NCBI RefSeq assembly: GCF_009914755.1
Contig: NC_060948.1
DNA from: the human T2T-CHM13v2.0 reference genome, Homo sapiens
DNA length: 64,000 bases
Direction: 5' to 3' (one strand)
In this document: positions 29,822-51,584 of the stretch, piece by piece
Layout of the letters: every line of letters starts with the position of its first letter
Numbering within the stretch: position 1 is the first letter of the stretch
Position numbers and translations under genes: made by a program
The notes under the pieces: generated by a model
What the model saw: only the letters and a program-made list of their open reading frames with translations
The model's database searches: none
Told to the model about the DNA's origin: nothing

Positions 29822-31919
29822 AGATCCATATTTTTTAAATGAAAAAAAATTTCAAAGGTACTCTGCTTGGTACAATAATCAAATGTATAAACTGAGGAAT
29901 AAAACATAACCATGAAACCTACTTATAACTGCATATGGAAAATACAGAGGATAATTTTTTAAATAACATATTTTGAAAGCCTTAACTAGTAATTTGAAGA
30001 GTTGGCATTTGAAAGGCCAGTATGAATATACCTTCAAAGCAGCAACACAGGTTCCCCATGAGAAAAAGCAAACTCAGGGAAAATAAAACCACAAAGGTTC
30101 AATCTCTTCTGACCTTTGAAAGACACAGCACAGACAGTGGTCCTTAGGACGAAGAGCAGGAGACCCCTAATTCCGTCACCATGGCGATAGGGCATAAACA
30201 TTGCTGGGTGAGGGCACAATCCACATTGTGAGGTCCAACTGCTGCCAGGAAGACAGGAGTACTTTTACATAGACCGAAAGGTCATTGAAGGCTCAGAGTT
30301 TTGTTTCAAGAACTGAATCCCAAGCCCACACGTTATTAGGCTGCGCTTCTTAAAACAAGTTATGAGATGGGAAAAAGGGCACCCACAAACATACGTATAC
30401 ATTATGTATATAATAATATACAGTATCATATATATAATATATATAACCTATGTATAATATTGTTTTACATCCTGCATCCTATGTTATATATATTCTATAA
30501 AATATAATAATTGATAATATATAAGTTTTATATTTATACAATATGACATATAGTATATATTATAATTTATGACATATATAATATATGTTATATATCATAT
30601 ATAGAATATATTATACGGTTAATATACGTATTAAATATAAATTATACATTATATATATTATATATAGTATATCTGTTATATATAATACCCATTATGCATA
30701 ATATATATATTATGTCTATGTTATATATAGTATAAAACAACATATAATAATATATAATTGTATATATAAAATGCGACATATAATATATATTATATTTTAT
30801 GACATATGTAATATATATTATATATTATATATAATACGTTGTATGTATAATACCTATATTAAATATATATTATATGACTATGTTATTAATTACATGTCAC
30901 ATGTGTTATATATTATATATTTTACATACAATATACCGGTTACATACAATATATACTATGTTACCTACAATGTATAATTTATTACATGTAAAATAAAGAA
31001 TGCAATATATTATGTATAATTTATAATATACAATATGTGGAATGTGATATATATAACATATAATATATGATATATGATATACAGTATATGATATATAACA
31101 TACAATATATGATACCTAATACATATGCTATACAATATATATTTTATGATATGTATTCTATATGTTTTATATTCTGTTATATATAACTGTTTGAAATTAT
31201 ATATAACTGTATAATATTTTATGTAAATATGTAATATAATATATATAACTATATAATATATTATATATAACTATATATTATGTTATATATACTTTTATAA
31301 CATAATTTACATAAAATATCATAATATAATATATACTATATTATTTCATATTACATAATATATATTACATATCACCCAATATAAGTAACATACATAGTAT
31401 TATAATATAGATTATATTATGTTATATTAAATATCATATATATCATGTATCATATATTCTATAATATATATTACACATTATATAATATGTATGTTGTCTA
31501 TTATGTGATATATATAACAATATATCTAATTATATTATTATACATATAACTAGATAAACATGTAATTCTACATATTTTCATTTATAATATATAGAATTAT
31601 ATAATCATATATAATTATTTATATTCTGTAAAAAATTATATCATTATATAAATTATAAAATTTAACAATTATAATATGTACTACAAATATATATATTATA
31701 TATCATATATGATATAGTACCTTTGTTATATATCATAATACATATAAATGTGTATTATATTATCTATAATTATATAATTTCATATATAAGATGTATAATA
31801 TGTATCATATATTATATATGTTATGTAATATATATAGTATATATAAGATGGCACAGGATAAATATTATATACTATGACATATAAAATATATGAGGTTATA
31901 TGTTACATATAAGGCATAG

Positions 31920-32240
<321 letters not shown>

Positions 32241-34367
32241 AGATCCATATTTTTTAAATGAAAAAAAATTTCAAAGGTACTCTGCTTGGTACAATAATCA
32301 AATGTATAAACTGAGGAATAAAACATAACCATGAAACCTACTTATAACTGCATATGGAAAATACAGAGGATAATTTTTTAAATAACATATTTTGAAAGCC
32401 TTAACTAGTAATTTGAAGAGTTGGCATTTGAAAGGCCAGTATGAATATACCTTCAAAGCAGCAACACAGGTTCCCCATGAGAAAAAGCAAACACAGGGAA
32501 AATAAAAACACAAAGGTTCAATCTCTTCTGACCTTTGAAAGACACAGCACAGACAGTGGTCCTTAGGACGAAGAGCAGGAGACCCCTAATTCCGTCACCA
32601 TGGCGATAGGGCATAAACATTGCTGGGTGAGGGCACAATCCACATTGTGAGGTCCAACTGCTGCCAGGAAGACAGGAGTGCTTTTACATAGACCGAAAGG
32701 TCATTGAAGGCTCAGAGTTTTGTTTCAAGAACTGAATCCCAAGCCCACACGTTATTAGGCTGCGCTTCTTAAAACAAGTTATGAGATGGGAAAAAGGGCA
32801 CCCACAAACATACGTATACATTATGTATATAATAATATACAGTATCATATATATAATATATATAACCTATGTATAATATTGTTTTACATCCTGCATCTTA
32901 TGTTATATATATTGTATAAAATATAATAATTGATAATATATAAGTTTTATATTTATACAATATGACATATAGTATATATTATAATTTATGACATATGTAA
33001 TATATGTTATATATCATATATAGAATATATTATACGGTTAATATACGTATTAAATATAAATTATACATTATATATATTATATATAATATATCTGTTATAT
33101 ATAGTACCCATTATGCATACTATATATATTATGTCTATGTTATATATAGTATAAACAACACATAATAATATATAATTGTATATATAAAATGCGACATATA
33201 ATATATATTACATTTTATGACATATGTAATATATATTATATATTATATATAATACGTTGTATGTATAATACCTATATTAAATATATATTATATGACTATG
33301 TTATTAATTACATGTCACATATGTTATATATTATATATTTTACATAGAATATACCGGTTACATACAATATATACTATGTTACCTATAATGTATAATTTAT
33401 TACATGTAAAATAAAGAATGCAATATATTATGTATAATTTATAATATACAATATGTGGAATGTGATATATATAACATATAATATATGATATAGGATATAC
33501 AGTGTATGATATATAACATACAATATATGATACCTAATATATATGGTATACAATATATATTTTATGATATGTATTCTATATGTTTTATATTCTGTTATAT
33601 ATAAATATTTGAAATTATATATAACTGTATAATATTTTATGTAAATATGTAATATAATATATATAACTATATAATATATTATATATAACTATATATTATG
33701 TTATATATACTTTTATAACATAATTTACATAAAATATCATAATATAATATATATTACATTATTTCATATTACATAATATATATTACATATCACCCAATAT
33801 AAGTAACATACATAATATTATAATATAGATTATATTATGTTATATTAAATATCATATATATCAGGTATCATATATTCTATAATACATATTATACATTATA
33901 TAATATGCATGTTGTCTATTATGTGATATATATAACAATATATATAATTATATTATTATACATATAACTAGATAAACATGTAATTCTACCTATTTTCATT
34001 TATAATGTATAGAATTATATAATCATATATAATTATTTATATTCTATAAAAAATTATATCATTATATAAAATATAATATATAAAAATTATAATATGTACA
34101 ACAAACAGATATATTATATATCATATATGATATAGTAACTTTGTTATATATCATATTACATATAAATGTGTATTATGTCATGTATAATTATATAATTTCA
34201 TATATAAGATGTATAATATGTATTATATATTTTATATGTTATGTAATATATATTGTATATATAAGATGACACAGGATAAATATTATATACTATGACATAT
34301 AAAATATATGAGGTTATATGTTACATATAAGGCATAGCACATAACATGTAATATATATCATATATAA

Positions 34368-34659
<292 letters not shown>

Positions 34660-36764
34660 AGATCCATATTTTTTAAATGAAAAAAAATTTCAAAGGTACT
34701 CTGCTTGGTACAATAATCAAATGTATAAACTGAGGAATAAAACATAACCATGAAACTTACTTATAACTGTATACGGAAAATACAGAGGATAATTTTTTAA
34801 ATAACATATTTTGAAAGCCTTAACTAGTAATTTGAAGAGTTGGCATTTGAAAGGCCAGTATGAATATACCTTCAAAGCAGCAACACAGGTTCCCCATGAG
34901 GAAAAGCAAACTCAGGGAAAATAAAACCACAAAGGTTCAATCTCTTCTGACCTTTGAAAGACACAGCACAGACAGTGGTCCTTAGGACGAAGAGCAGGAG
35001 ACCCCTAATTCCGTCACCATGGCGATAGGGCATAAACATTGCTGGGTGAGGGCACAATCCACATTGTGAGGTCCAACTGCTGCCAGGAAGACAGGAGTGC
35101 TTTTACATAGACCGAAAGGTCATTGAAGGCTCAGAGTTTTGTTTCAAGAACTGAATCCCAAGCCCACACGTTATTAGGCTGCGCTTCTTAAAACAAGTTA
35201 TGAGATGGGAAAAAGGGCACCCACAAACATACGTATACATTATGTATATAATAATATACAGTATCATATATATAATATATATAACCTATGTATAATATTG
35301 TTTTACATCCGGCATCTTATATTATATATATTGTATAAAATATAATAATTGATAATATATAAGTTTTATATTTATACAATATGACATATAGTATATATTA
35401 TAATTTATGACATATATAATATATGTTATATATCATATATAGAATATATTATACGGTTAATATACGTATTAAATATAAATTATACATTATATATATTATA
35501 TAAAATATATCTGTTATATATAATACCCATTATGCATAATATATATATTATGTCTATGTTATATATAGTATAAAACAACACATAATAATATATAATTGTA
35601 TATATAAAAGGCGACATATAATATATATTATATTTTATGACATATGTAATATATATTATATATTATATATAATACGTTGTATGTATAATACCTATATTAA
35701 ATATATATTATATTACTATGTTATTAATTACATGTCACATATGTTATATATTATATATTTTACATAGAATATACCGGTTACATACAATATATACTATGTT
35801 ACCTATAATGTATAATTTATTACATGTAAAATAAAGAATGCAATATATTATGTATAATTTAAAATATACAATATGTGGAATGTGATATATATAACATATA
35901 ATATATGATATAGGATATACAGTATATGATATATAACATACAATATATGATATCTAATATATATGGTATACAATATATATTTTATGATATGTATTCTATA
36001 TGTTTTATACTCTGTTATATATAACTATTTGAAATTATATATAACTGTATATTATTTTATGTAAATATGTAATATAATATATATAACTATATAAAATATT
36101 ATATATAACTATATATTATGTTATATATACTTTTATAACATAATTTACTTAAAATATCATAATATAATATATAATATATTATTTCATATTACATAATATA
36201 TATTACATATCACCCAATATAAGAAACATACATAATATTATAATATAGATTATATTATGTTATATTAAATATCATATATATCATGTATCATATATTCCAT
36301 AATATATTTTATACATTATATAATATGTATGTTGTCTATTATGTGATATATATAACTATATATATAATTATATTATTATACATATAACTAGATAAACATG
36401 TAATTCTACATATTTTCATTTTTAAGATATAGAATTATATAATCATATATAATTATTTATATTCCATAAAAAAATATATCATTATATAAATTATAATATA
36501 TAAAAATTATAATATATACTACAAATATATATATTATATATCATATATGATATAGTACCTTTGTTATATATCATAATACATATAAATGTGTATTATGTTA
36601 TCTATAATTATATAATTTCATATATAAGATGTATAATATGTATCATATATTATATATGTTATGTAATATATATAGTATATATAAGATGACACAGGATAAA
36701 TATTATATACTATGACATATAAAATATATGAGGTTATATGTTACATATAAGGCATAGCACATAA

Positions 36765-37079
<315 letters not shown>

Positions 37080-39184
37080 AGATCCATATTTTTTAAATGA
37101 AAAAAAATTTCAAAGGTACTCTGCTTGGTACAATAATCAAATGTATAAACTGAGGAATAAAACATAACCATGAAACCTACTTATAACTGCATATGGAAAA
37201 TATAGAGGATAATTTTTTAAATAACATATTTTGAAAGCCTTAACTAGTAATTTGAAGAGTTGGCATTTGAAAGGCCAGTATGAATATACCTTCAAAGCAG
37301 CAACACAGGTTCCCCATGAGAAAAAGCAAACACAGGGAAAATAAAAACACAAAGGTTCAATCTCTTCTGACCTTTGAAAGACACAGCACAGACAGTGGTC
37401 CTTAGGACGAAGAGCAGGAGACCCCTAATTCCGTCACCATGGCGATAGGGCATAAACATTGCTGGGTGAGGGCACAATCCACATTGTGAGGTCCAACTGC
37501 TGCCAGGAAGACAGGAGTGCTTTTACATAGACCGAAAGGTCATTGAAGGCTCAGAGTTTTGTTTCAAGAACTGAATCCCAAGCTCACACGTTATTAGGCT
37601 GCGCTTCTTAAAACAAGTTATGAGATGGGAAAAAGGGCACCCACAAACATACGTATACATTATGTATATAATAATATACAGTATCATATATATAATATAT
37701 ATAACCTATGTATAATATTGTTTTACATCCTGCATCTTATGTTATATATACTGTATAAAATATAATAATTGATAATATATAAGTTTTATAATTATACAAT
37801 ATGACATATAGTATATATTATAATTTATGACATATATAATATATGTTATATGTCATATATAGAATATATTATACGGTTAATATACGTATTAAATATAAAT
37901 TATACATTATATATATTATATATAATATATCTGTTATATATAATACCCATTATGCATAATATATATATTATGTCTATGTTATATATAGTATAAAACAACA
38001 TATAATAATATATAATTGTATATATAAAATGCGACATATAATATATATTATATTTTATAACATTTGTAATATATATTATATATTATATATAATACGTTGT
38101 ATGTATAATACCTATGTTAAATATATATTATATGACTATGTTATTAATTACATGTCACATGTGTTATATATTATATATTTTACATAGAATATACCGGTTA
38201 CATACAATATATACTATGTTACCTATAATGTATAATTTATTACATGTAAAATAAAGAATGCAATATATTATGTATAATTTATAATATACAATATGTGGAA
38301 TGTGATATATATAACATATAATATATGATATATGATATACAGTATATGATATATAACATACAATATATGATTCCTAATATATATGGTATACAATATATAT
38401 TTTATGATATGTATTCTATATGTTTTATATTCTGTTATATATAACTATTTGAAATTATATGTAACTGTATAATATTTTATGTAAATATGTAATATAATAT
38501 ATATAACTATATAATATATTATATATAACTATATATTATGTTATATATACTTTTATAACATAATTTACATAAAATATCATAACATAATATATATTATATT
38601 ATTTCATATTACATAATATATATTACATATCACCCAATATAACTAACATACATAATATTATAAGATAGATTATATTATGTTATATTAAATAACATATATA
38701 TCATGTATCATATATTCTATAATATATATTACACATTATATAATATGTATGTTGTCTATTATGTGATATATATAACTCTATATATAATTATATTTTTATA
38801 CATATAACTAGATAAACATGTAATTCTACATATTTTCATTTATAATATGTAGAATTATATAATCATATATAATTATTTGTATTCTATAAAAAATTTTATC
38901 ATTATATAAATTATAATATATAAAAATTATAATATGTACTACAAATATATATATTATATATCATATATGATATAGTACCTTTGTTATATATCATAATACA
39001 TATAAATGTGTATTATGTTATCTATAATTATATAATTTCATATATAAGATGTATAATATGTATCATATATTATATATGTTATGTACTATATATAGTATAT
39101 ATAAGATGACACAGGATAAATATTATATACTATGACATATAAAATATATGAGGTTATATGTTACATATAAGGCATAGCACATAA

Positions 39185-39499
<315 letters not shown>

Positions 39500-41602
39500 A
39501 GATCCATATTTTTTAAATGAAAAAAAATTTCAAAGGTACTCTGCTTGGTACAATAATCAAATGTATAAACTGAGGAATAAAACATAACCATGAAACCTAC
39601 TTATAACTGCATATGGAAAATACAGAGGATAATTTTTTAAATAACATATTTTGAAAGCCTTAACTAGTAATTTGAAGAGTTGGCATTTGAAAGGCCAGTA
39701 TGAATATACCTTCAAAGCAGCAACACAGGTTCCCCATGAGAAAAAGCAAACACAGGGAAAATAAAAACACAAAGGTTCAATCTCTTCTGACCTTTGAAAG
39801 ACACAGCACAGACAGTGGTCCTTAGGACGAAGAGCAGGAGACCCCTAATTCCGTCACCATGGCGATAGGGCATAAACATTGCTGGGTGAGGGCACAATCC
39901 ACATTGTGAGGTCCAACTGCTGCCAGGAAGACAGGAGTGCTTTTACATAGACCGAAAGGTCATTGAAGGCTCAGAGTTTTGTTTCAAGAACTGAATCCCA
40001 AGCCCACACGTTATTAGGCTGCGCTTCTTAAAACAAGTTATGAGATGGGAAAAAGGGCACCCACAAACATACGTATACATTATGTATATAATAATATACA
40101 GTATCATATATATAATATATATAACCTATGTATAATATTGTTTTACATCCTGCATCTTATGTTATATATATTGTATAAAATATAATAATTGATAATATAT
40201 AAGTTTTATAATTATACAATATGACATATAGTATATATTATAATTTATGACATATATAATATATGTTATATGTCATATATAGAATATATTATACGGTTAA
40301 TATACGTATTAAATATAAATTATACATTATATATATTATATATAATATATCTGTTATATATAATACCCATTATGCATAATATATATATTATGTCTACGTT
40401 ATATATAGTATAAAACAACATATAATAATATATAATTGTATATATAAAATGCGACATATAATATATATTATATTTTATAACATATGTAATATATATTATA
40501 TATTATATATAATACGTTGTATGTATAATACCTATATTAAATATATATTATATGACTATGTTATTAATTACATGTCACATGTGTTATATATTATATATTT
40601 TACATAGAATATACCGGTTACATACAATATATACTATGTTACCTATTATGTATAATTTATTAAATGTAAAATAAAGAATGCAATATATTATGTATAATTT
40701 ATAATATACCATATGTGGAATGTGATATATATAACATATAATATATGATATATGATATACAGTATATGATATATAACATACAATATATGATTCCTAATAT
40801 ATATGGTATACAATATATATTTTATGATATGTATTCTATATGTTTTATATTCTGTTATATATAACTATTTGAAATTATATATAACTGTATAATATTTTAT
40901 GTAAATATGTAATATAATATATATAACTATATAATATATAATATATAACTATATATTATGTTATATATACTTTTATAACATAATTTACATAAAATATCAT
41001 AATATAATATATATTATATTATTTCATATTACATAATATATATTACATATCACCCAATATAACTAACTTACATAATATTATAATATAGATTATATTGTGT
41101 TATATTAAATATCATATATATCATGTATCATATATTCTATAATATATATTACCCATTATATAATATGTATGTTGTCTATTATATGATATATATAACTATA
41201 TATATAATTATATTTTTATACATATAACTAGATAAACATGTAATTCTACATATTTTCATTTATAATATGTAGAATTATATAATCATATATAATTATTTAT
41301 ATTCTATAAAAAATTTTATCATTATATAAATTATAATATATAAAAATTATAATATGTACTACAAATATATATTATATATCATATATGATATAGTACCTTT
41401 GTTATATATCATAATACATATAAATGTGTATTATGTTATCTATAATTGTATAATTTCATATATAAGATGTATAATATGTATCATATATTATATATGTTAT
41501 GTAATATATATAGTATATATAAGATGACACAGGATAAATATTATATACTATGACATATGAAATATATGAGGTTATATGTTACATATAAGGCATAGCACAT
41601 AA

Positions 41603-41917
<315 letters not shown>

Positions 41918-44018
41918 AGATCCATATTTTTTAAATGAAAAAAAATTTCAAAGGTACTCTGCTTGGTACAATAATCAAATGTATAAACTGAGGAATAAAA
42001 CATAACCATGAAACCTACTTATAACTGCATATGGAAAATACAGAGGATAATTTTTTAAATAACATATTTTGAAAGCCTTAACTAGTAATTTGAAGAGTTG
42101 GCATTTGAAAGGCCAGTATGAATATACCTTCAAAGCAGCAACACAGGTTCCCCATGAGGAAAAGCAAACTCAGGGAAAATAAAACCACAAAGGTTCAATC
42201 TCTTCTGACCTTTGAAAGACACAGCACAGACAGTGGTCCTTAGGACGAAGAGCAGGAGACCCCTAATTCCGTCACCATGGCGATAGGGCATAAACATTGC
42301 TGGGTGAGGGCACAATCCACATTGTGAGGTCCAACTGCTGCCAGGAAGACAGGAGTGCTTTTACATAGACCGAAAGGTCATTGAAGGCTCAGAGTTTTGT
42401 TTCAAGAACTGAATCCCAAGCCCACACGTTATTAGGCTGCGCTTCTTAAAACAAGTTATGAGATGGGAAAAAGGGCACCCACAAACATACGTATACATTA
42501 TGTATACAATAATATACAGTATCATATATATAATATATATAACCTATGTATAATATTGTTTTACATCCTGCATCTTATGTTATATATAGTATAAAATATA
42601 ATAATTGATAATATATAAGTTTTATAATTATACAATATGACATATAGTATATATTATAATTTATGACATATAATATATGTTATATGTCATATATAGAATA
42701 TATTATACGGTTAATATACGTATTAAATATAAATTATACATTATATATATTATATATAATATATCTGTTATATATAATACCCATTATGCATAATATATAT
42801 ATTATGTCTATGTTATATATAGTATAAAACAACATATAATAATATATAATTGTATATATAAAATGCGACATATAATATATATTATATTTTATAACATATG
42901 TAATATATATTATATATTATATATAATACGTTGTATGTATAATACCTATATTAAATATATATTATATGACTATGTTATTAATTACATGTCACATGTGTTA
43001 TATATTATATATTTTACATAGAATATACCGGTTACATACAATATATACTATGTTACCTATAATGTATAATTTATTACATGTAAAATAAAGAATGCAATAT
43101 ATTATGTATAATTTATAATATACCATATGTGGAATGTGATATATATAACATATAATATATGATATATGATATACAGTATATGATATATAACATACAATAT
43201 ATGATTCCTAATATATATGGTATACAATGTATATTTTATGATATGTATTCTATATGTTTTATATTCTGTTATATATAACTATTTGAAATTATATATAACT
43301 GTATAATATTTTATGTAAATATGTAATATAATATATATAACTATATAATATATTATATATAACTATATATTATGTTATATATACTTTTATAACATAATTT
43401 ACATAAAATATCATAATATAATATATATTATATTATTTCATATTACATAATATATATTACATATCACCCAATATAACTAATATACATAATATTATAATAT
43501 AGATTATATTGTGTTATATTAAATATCATATATATCATGTATCATATATTCTATAATATATATTACACATTATATAATATGTATGTTGTCTATTATGTGA
43601 TATATATAACTATATATATAATTATATTTTTATACATATAACTAGATAAACATGTAATTCTACATATTTTCATTTATAATATGTAGAATTATATAATCAT
43701 ATATAATTATTTATATTCTATAAAAAATTTTATCATTATATAAATTATAATATATAAAAATTATAATATGTACTACAAATATATATATTATATATCATAT
43801 ATGATATAGTGCCTTTGTTATATATCATAATACATATAAATGTGTATTATGTTATCTATAATTATATAATTTCATATATAAGATGTATAATATGTATCAT
43901 ATATTATATATGTTATGTAATATATATAGTATATATAAGATGACACAGGACAAATATTATATACTATGACATATAAAATATATGAGGTTATATGTTACAT
44001 ATAAGGCATAGCACATAA

Positions 44019-44333
<315 letters not shown>

Positions 44334-46435
44334 AGATCCATATTTTTTAAATGAAAAAAAATTTCAAAGGTACTCTGCTTGGTACAATAATCAAATGTAT
44401 AAACTGAGGAATAAAACATAACCATGAAACCTACTTATAACTGCATATGGAAAATACAGAGGATAATTTTTTAAATAACATATTTTGAAAGCCTTAACTA
44501 GTAATTTGAAGAGCTGGCATTTGAAAGGCCAGTGTGAATATACCTTCAAATCAGCAACACAGGTTCCCCATGAGAAAAAGCAAACACAGGGATAATGAAA
44601 ACACAAAGGTTCAATCTCTTCTGACCTTTGAAAGACACAGCACAGACAGTGGTCCTTAGGACGAAGAGCAGGAGACCCCTAATTCCGTCACCATGGCGAT
44701 AGGGCATAAACATTGCTGGGTGAGGGCACAATCCACATTGTGAGGTCCAACTGCTGCCAGGAAGACAGGAGTGCTTTTACATAGACCGAAAGGTCATTGA
44801 AGGCTCAGAGTTTTGTTTCAAGAACTGAATCCCAAGCCCACACGTTATTAGGCTGCGCTTCTTAAAACAAGTTATGAGATGGGAAAAAGGGCACCCACAA
44901 ACATACGTATACATTATGTATATAATAATATACAGTGTCATATATATAATATATATAACCTATGTATAATATTGTTTTACATCCTGCATCTTATGTTATA
45001 TATATTGTATAAAATATAATAATTGATAATATATAAGTTTTATAATTATACAATATGACATATAGTATATATTATAATTTATGACATATATAATATATGT
45101 TATATGTCATATATAGAATATATTATACGGTTAATATACGTATTAAATATAAATTATACATTATATATATTATATATAATATATCTGTTATATATAATAC
45201 CCATTATGCATAATATATATATTATGTCTATGTTATATATAGTATAAAACAACATATAATATATAATTGTATATATAAAATGCGACATATAATATATATT
45301 ATATTTTATAACATATGTAATATATATTATATATTATATATAATACATTGTATGTATAATACCTATATTAAATATATATTATATGACTATGTTATTAATT
45401 ACATGTCACATGTGTTATATATTATATATTTTACATAGAATATACCGGTTACATACAATATATACTATGTTACCTATAATGTATAATTTATTACATGTAA
45501 AATAAAGAATGCAATATATTATGTATAATTTATAATATACCATATGTGGAATGTGATATATATAACATATAATATATGATATATGATATACAGTATATGA
45601 TATATAACATACAATATATGATTCCTAATATATATGGTATACAATATATATTTTATGATACGTATTCTATATGTTTTATATTCTGTTATATATAACTATT
45701 TGAAATTATATATAACTGTATAATATTTTATGTAAATATGTAATATAATATATATAACTATATAATATATTATATATAACTATATATTATGTTATATATA
45801 CTTTTATAACATAATTTACATAAAATATCATAACATAATATATATTATATTATTTCATATTACATAATATATATTACATATCACCCAATATAACTAACAT
45901 ACATAATATTATAAGATAGATTATATTATGTTATATTAAATAACATATATATCATGTATCATATATTCTATAATATATATTACACATTATATAATATGTA
46001 TGTTGTCTATTATGTGATATATATAACTCTATATATAATTATATTTTTATACATATAACTAGATAAACATGTAATTCTACATATTTTCATTTATAATATG
46101 TAGAATTATATAATCATATATAATTATTTGTATTCTATAAAAAATTTTATCATTATATAAATTATAATATATAAAAATTATAATATGTACTACAAATATA
46201 TATATTATATATCATATATGATATAGTACCTTTGTTATATATCATAATACATATAAATGTGTATTATGTTATCTATAATTATATAATTTCATATATAAGA
46301 TGTATAATATGTATCATATATTATATATGTTATGTACTATATATAGTATATATAAGATGACACAGGATAAATATTATATACTATGACATATAAAATATAT
46401 GAGGTTATATGTTACATATAAGGCATAGCACATAA

Positions 46436-46750
<315 letters not shown>

Positions 46751-48853
46751 AGATCCATATTTTTTAAATGAAAAAAAATTTCAAAGGTACTCTGCTTGGT
46801 ACAATAATCAAATGTATAAACTGAGGAATAAAACATAACCATGAAACCTACTTATAACTGCATATGGAAAATACAGAGGATAATTTTTTAAATAACATAT
46901 TTTGAAAGCCTTAACTAGTAATTTGAAGAGTTGGCATTTGAAAGGCCAGTATGAATATACCTTCAAAGCAGCAACACAGGTTCCCCATGAGAAAAAGCAA
47001 ACACAGGGAAAATAAAAACACAAAGGTTCAATCTCTTCTGACCTTTGAAAGACACAGCACAGACAGTGGTCCTTAGGACGAAGAGCAGGAGACCCCTAAT
47101 TCCGTCACCATGGCGATAGGGCATAAACATTGCTGGGTGAGGGCACAATCCACATTGTGAGGTCCAACTGCTGCCAGGAAGACAGGAGTGCTTTTACATA
47201 GACCGAAAGGTCATTGAAGGCTCAGAGTTTTGTTTCAAGAACTGAATCCCAAGCCCACACGTTATTAGGCTGCGCTTCTTAAAACAAGTTATGAGATGGG
47301 AAAAAGGGCACCCACAAACATACGTATACATTATGTATATAATAATATACAGTATCATATATATAATATATATAACCTATGTATAATATTGTTTTACATC
47401 CTGCATCTTATGTTATATATATTGTATAAAATATAATAATTGATAATATATAAGTTTTATAATTATACAATATGACATATAGTATATATTATAATTTATG
47501 ACATATATAATATATGTTATATGTCATATATAGAATATATTATACGGTTAATATACGTATTAAATATAAATTATACATTATATATATTATATATAATATA
47601 TCTGTTATATATAATACCCATTATGCATAATATATATATTATGTCTACGTTATATATAGTATAAAACAACATATAATAATATATAATTGTATATATAAAA
47701 TGCGACATATAATATATATTATATTTTATAACATATGTAATATATATTATATATTATATATAATACGTTGTATGTATAATACCTATATTAAATATATATT
47801 ATATGACTATGTTATTAATTACATGTCACATGTGTTATATATTATATATTTTACATAGAATATACCGGTTACATACAATATATACTATGTTACCTATTAT
47901 GTATAATTTATTAAATGTAAAATAAAGAATGCAATATATTATGTATAATTTATAATATACCATATGTGGAATGTGATATATATAACATATAATATATGAT
48001 ATATGATATACAGTATATGATATATAACATACAATATATGATTCCTAATATATATGGTATACAATATATATTTTATGATATGTATTCTATATGTTTTATA
48101 TTCTGTTATATATAACTATTTGAAATTATATATAACTGTATAATATTTTATGTAAATATGTAATATAATATATATAACTATATAATATATAATATATAAC
48201 TATATATTATGTTATATATACTTTTATAACATAATTTACATAAAATATCATAATATAATATATATTATATTATTTCATATTACATAATATATATTACATA
48301 TCACCCAATATAACTAACTTACATAATATTATAATATAGATTATATTGTGTTATATTAAATATCATATATATCATGTATCATATATTCTATAATATATAT
48401 TACCCATTATATAATATGTATGTTGTCTATTATATGATATATATAACTATATATATAATTATATTTTTATACATATAACTAGATAAACATGTAATTCTAC
48501 ATATTTTCATTTATAATATGTAGAATTATATAATCATATATAATTATTTATATTCTATAAAAAATTTTATCATTATATAAATTATAATATATAAAAATTA
48601 TAATATGTACTACAAATATATATTATATATCATATATGATATAGTACCTTTGTTATATATCATAATACATATAAATGTGTATTATGTTATCTATAATTGT
48701 ATAATTTCATATATAAGATGTATAATATGTATCATATATTATATATGTTATGTAATATATATAGTATATATAAGATGACACAGGATAAATATTATATACT
48801 ATGACATATGAAATATATGAGGTTATATGTTACATATAAGGCATAGCACATAA

Positions 48854-49168
<315 letters not shown>

Positions 49169-51269
49169 AGATCCATATTTTTTAAATGAAAAAAAATTTC
49201 AAAGGTACTCTGCTTGGTACAATAATCAAATGTATAAACTGAGGAATAAAACATAACCATGAAACCTACTTATAACTGCATATGGAAAATACAGAGGATA
49301 ATTTTTTAAATAACATATTTTGAAAGCCTTAACTAGTAATTTGAAGAGTTGGCATTTGAAAGGCCAGTATGAATATACCTTCAAAGCAGCAACACAGGTT
49401 CCCCATGAGGAAAAGCAAACTCAGGGAAAATAAAACCACAAAGGTTCAATCTCTTCTGACCTTTGAAAGACACAGCACAGACAGTGGTCCTTAGGACGAA
49501 GAGCAGGAGACCCCTAATTCCGTCACCATGGCGATAGGGCATAAACATTGCTGGGTGAGGGCACAATCCACATTGTGAGGTCCAACTGCTGCCAGGAAGA
49601 CAGGAGTGCTTTTACATAGACCGAAAGGTCATTGAAGGCTCAGAGTTTTGTTTCAAGAACTGAATCCCAAGCCCACACGTTATTAGGCTGCGCTTCTTAA
49701 AACAAGTTATGAGATGGGAAAAAGGGCACCCACAAACATACGTATACATTATGTATACAATAATATACAGTATCATATATATAATATATATAACCTATGT
49801 ATAATATTGTTTTACATCCTGCATCTTATGTTATATATAGTATAAAATATAATAATTGATAATATATAAGTTTTATAATTATACAATATGACATATAGTA
49901 TATATTATAATTTATGACATATAATATATGTTATATGTCATATATAGAATATATTATACGGTTAATATACGTATTAAATATAAATTATACATTATATATA
50001 TTATATATAATATATCTGTTATATATAATACCCATTATGCATAATATATATATTATGTCTATGTTATATATAGTATAAAACAACATATAATAATATATAA
50101 TTGTATATATAAAATGCGACATATAATATATATTATATTTTATAACATATGTAATATATATTATATATTATATATAATACGTTGTATGTATAATACCTAT
50201 ATTAAATATATATTATATGACTATGTTATTAATTACATGTCACATGTGTTATATATTATATATTTTACATAGAATATACCGGTTACATACAATATATACT
50301 ATGTTACCTATAATGTATAATTTATTACATGTAAAATAAAGAATGCAATATATTATGTATAATTTATAATATACCATATGTGGAATGTGATATATATAAC
50401 ATATAATATATGATATATGATATACAGTATATGATATATAACATACAATATATGATTCCTAATATATATGGTATACAATGTATATTTTATGATATGTATT
50501 CTATATGTTTTATATTCTGTTATATATAACTATTTGAAATTATATATAACTGTATAATATTTTATGTAAATATGTAATATAATATATATAACTATATAAT
50601 ATATTATATATAACTATATATTATGTTATATATACTTTTATAACATAATTTACATAAAATATCATAATATAATATATATTATATTATTTCATATTACATA
50701 ATATATATTACATATCACCCAATATAACTAATATACATAATATTATAATATAGATTATATTGTGTTATATTAAATATCATATATATCATGTATCATATAT
50801 TCTATAATATATATTACACATTATATAATATGTATGTTGTCTATTATGTGATATATATAACTATATATATAATTATATTTTTATACATATAACTAGATAA
50901 ACATGTAATTCTACATATTTTCATTTATAATATGTAGAATTATATAATCATATATAATTATTTATATTCTATAAAAAATTTTATCATTATATAAATTATA
51001 ATATATAAAAATTATAATATGTACTACAAATATATATATTATATATCATATATGATATAGTGCCTTTGTTATATATCATAATACATATAAATGTGTATTA
51101 TGTTATCTATAATTATATAATTTCATATATAAGATGTATAATATGTATCATATATTATATATGTTATGTAATATATATAGTATATATAAGATGACACAGG
51201 ACAAATATTATATACTATGACATATAAAATATATGAGGTTATATGTTACATATAAGGCATAGCACATAA

Positions 51270-51584
<315 letters not shown>
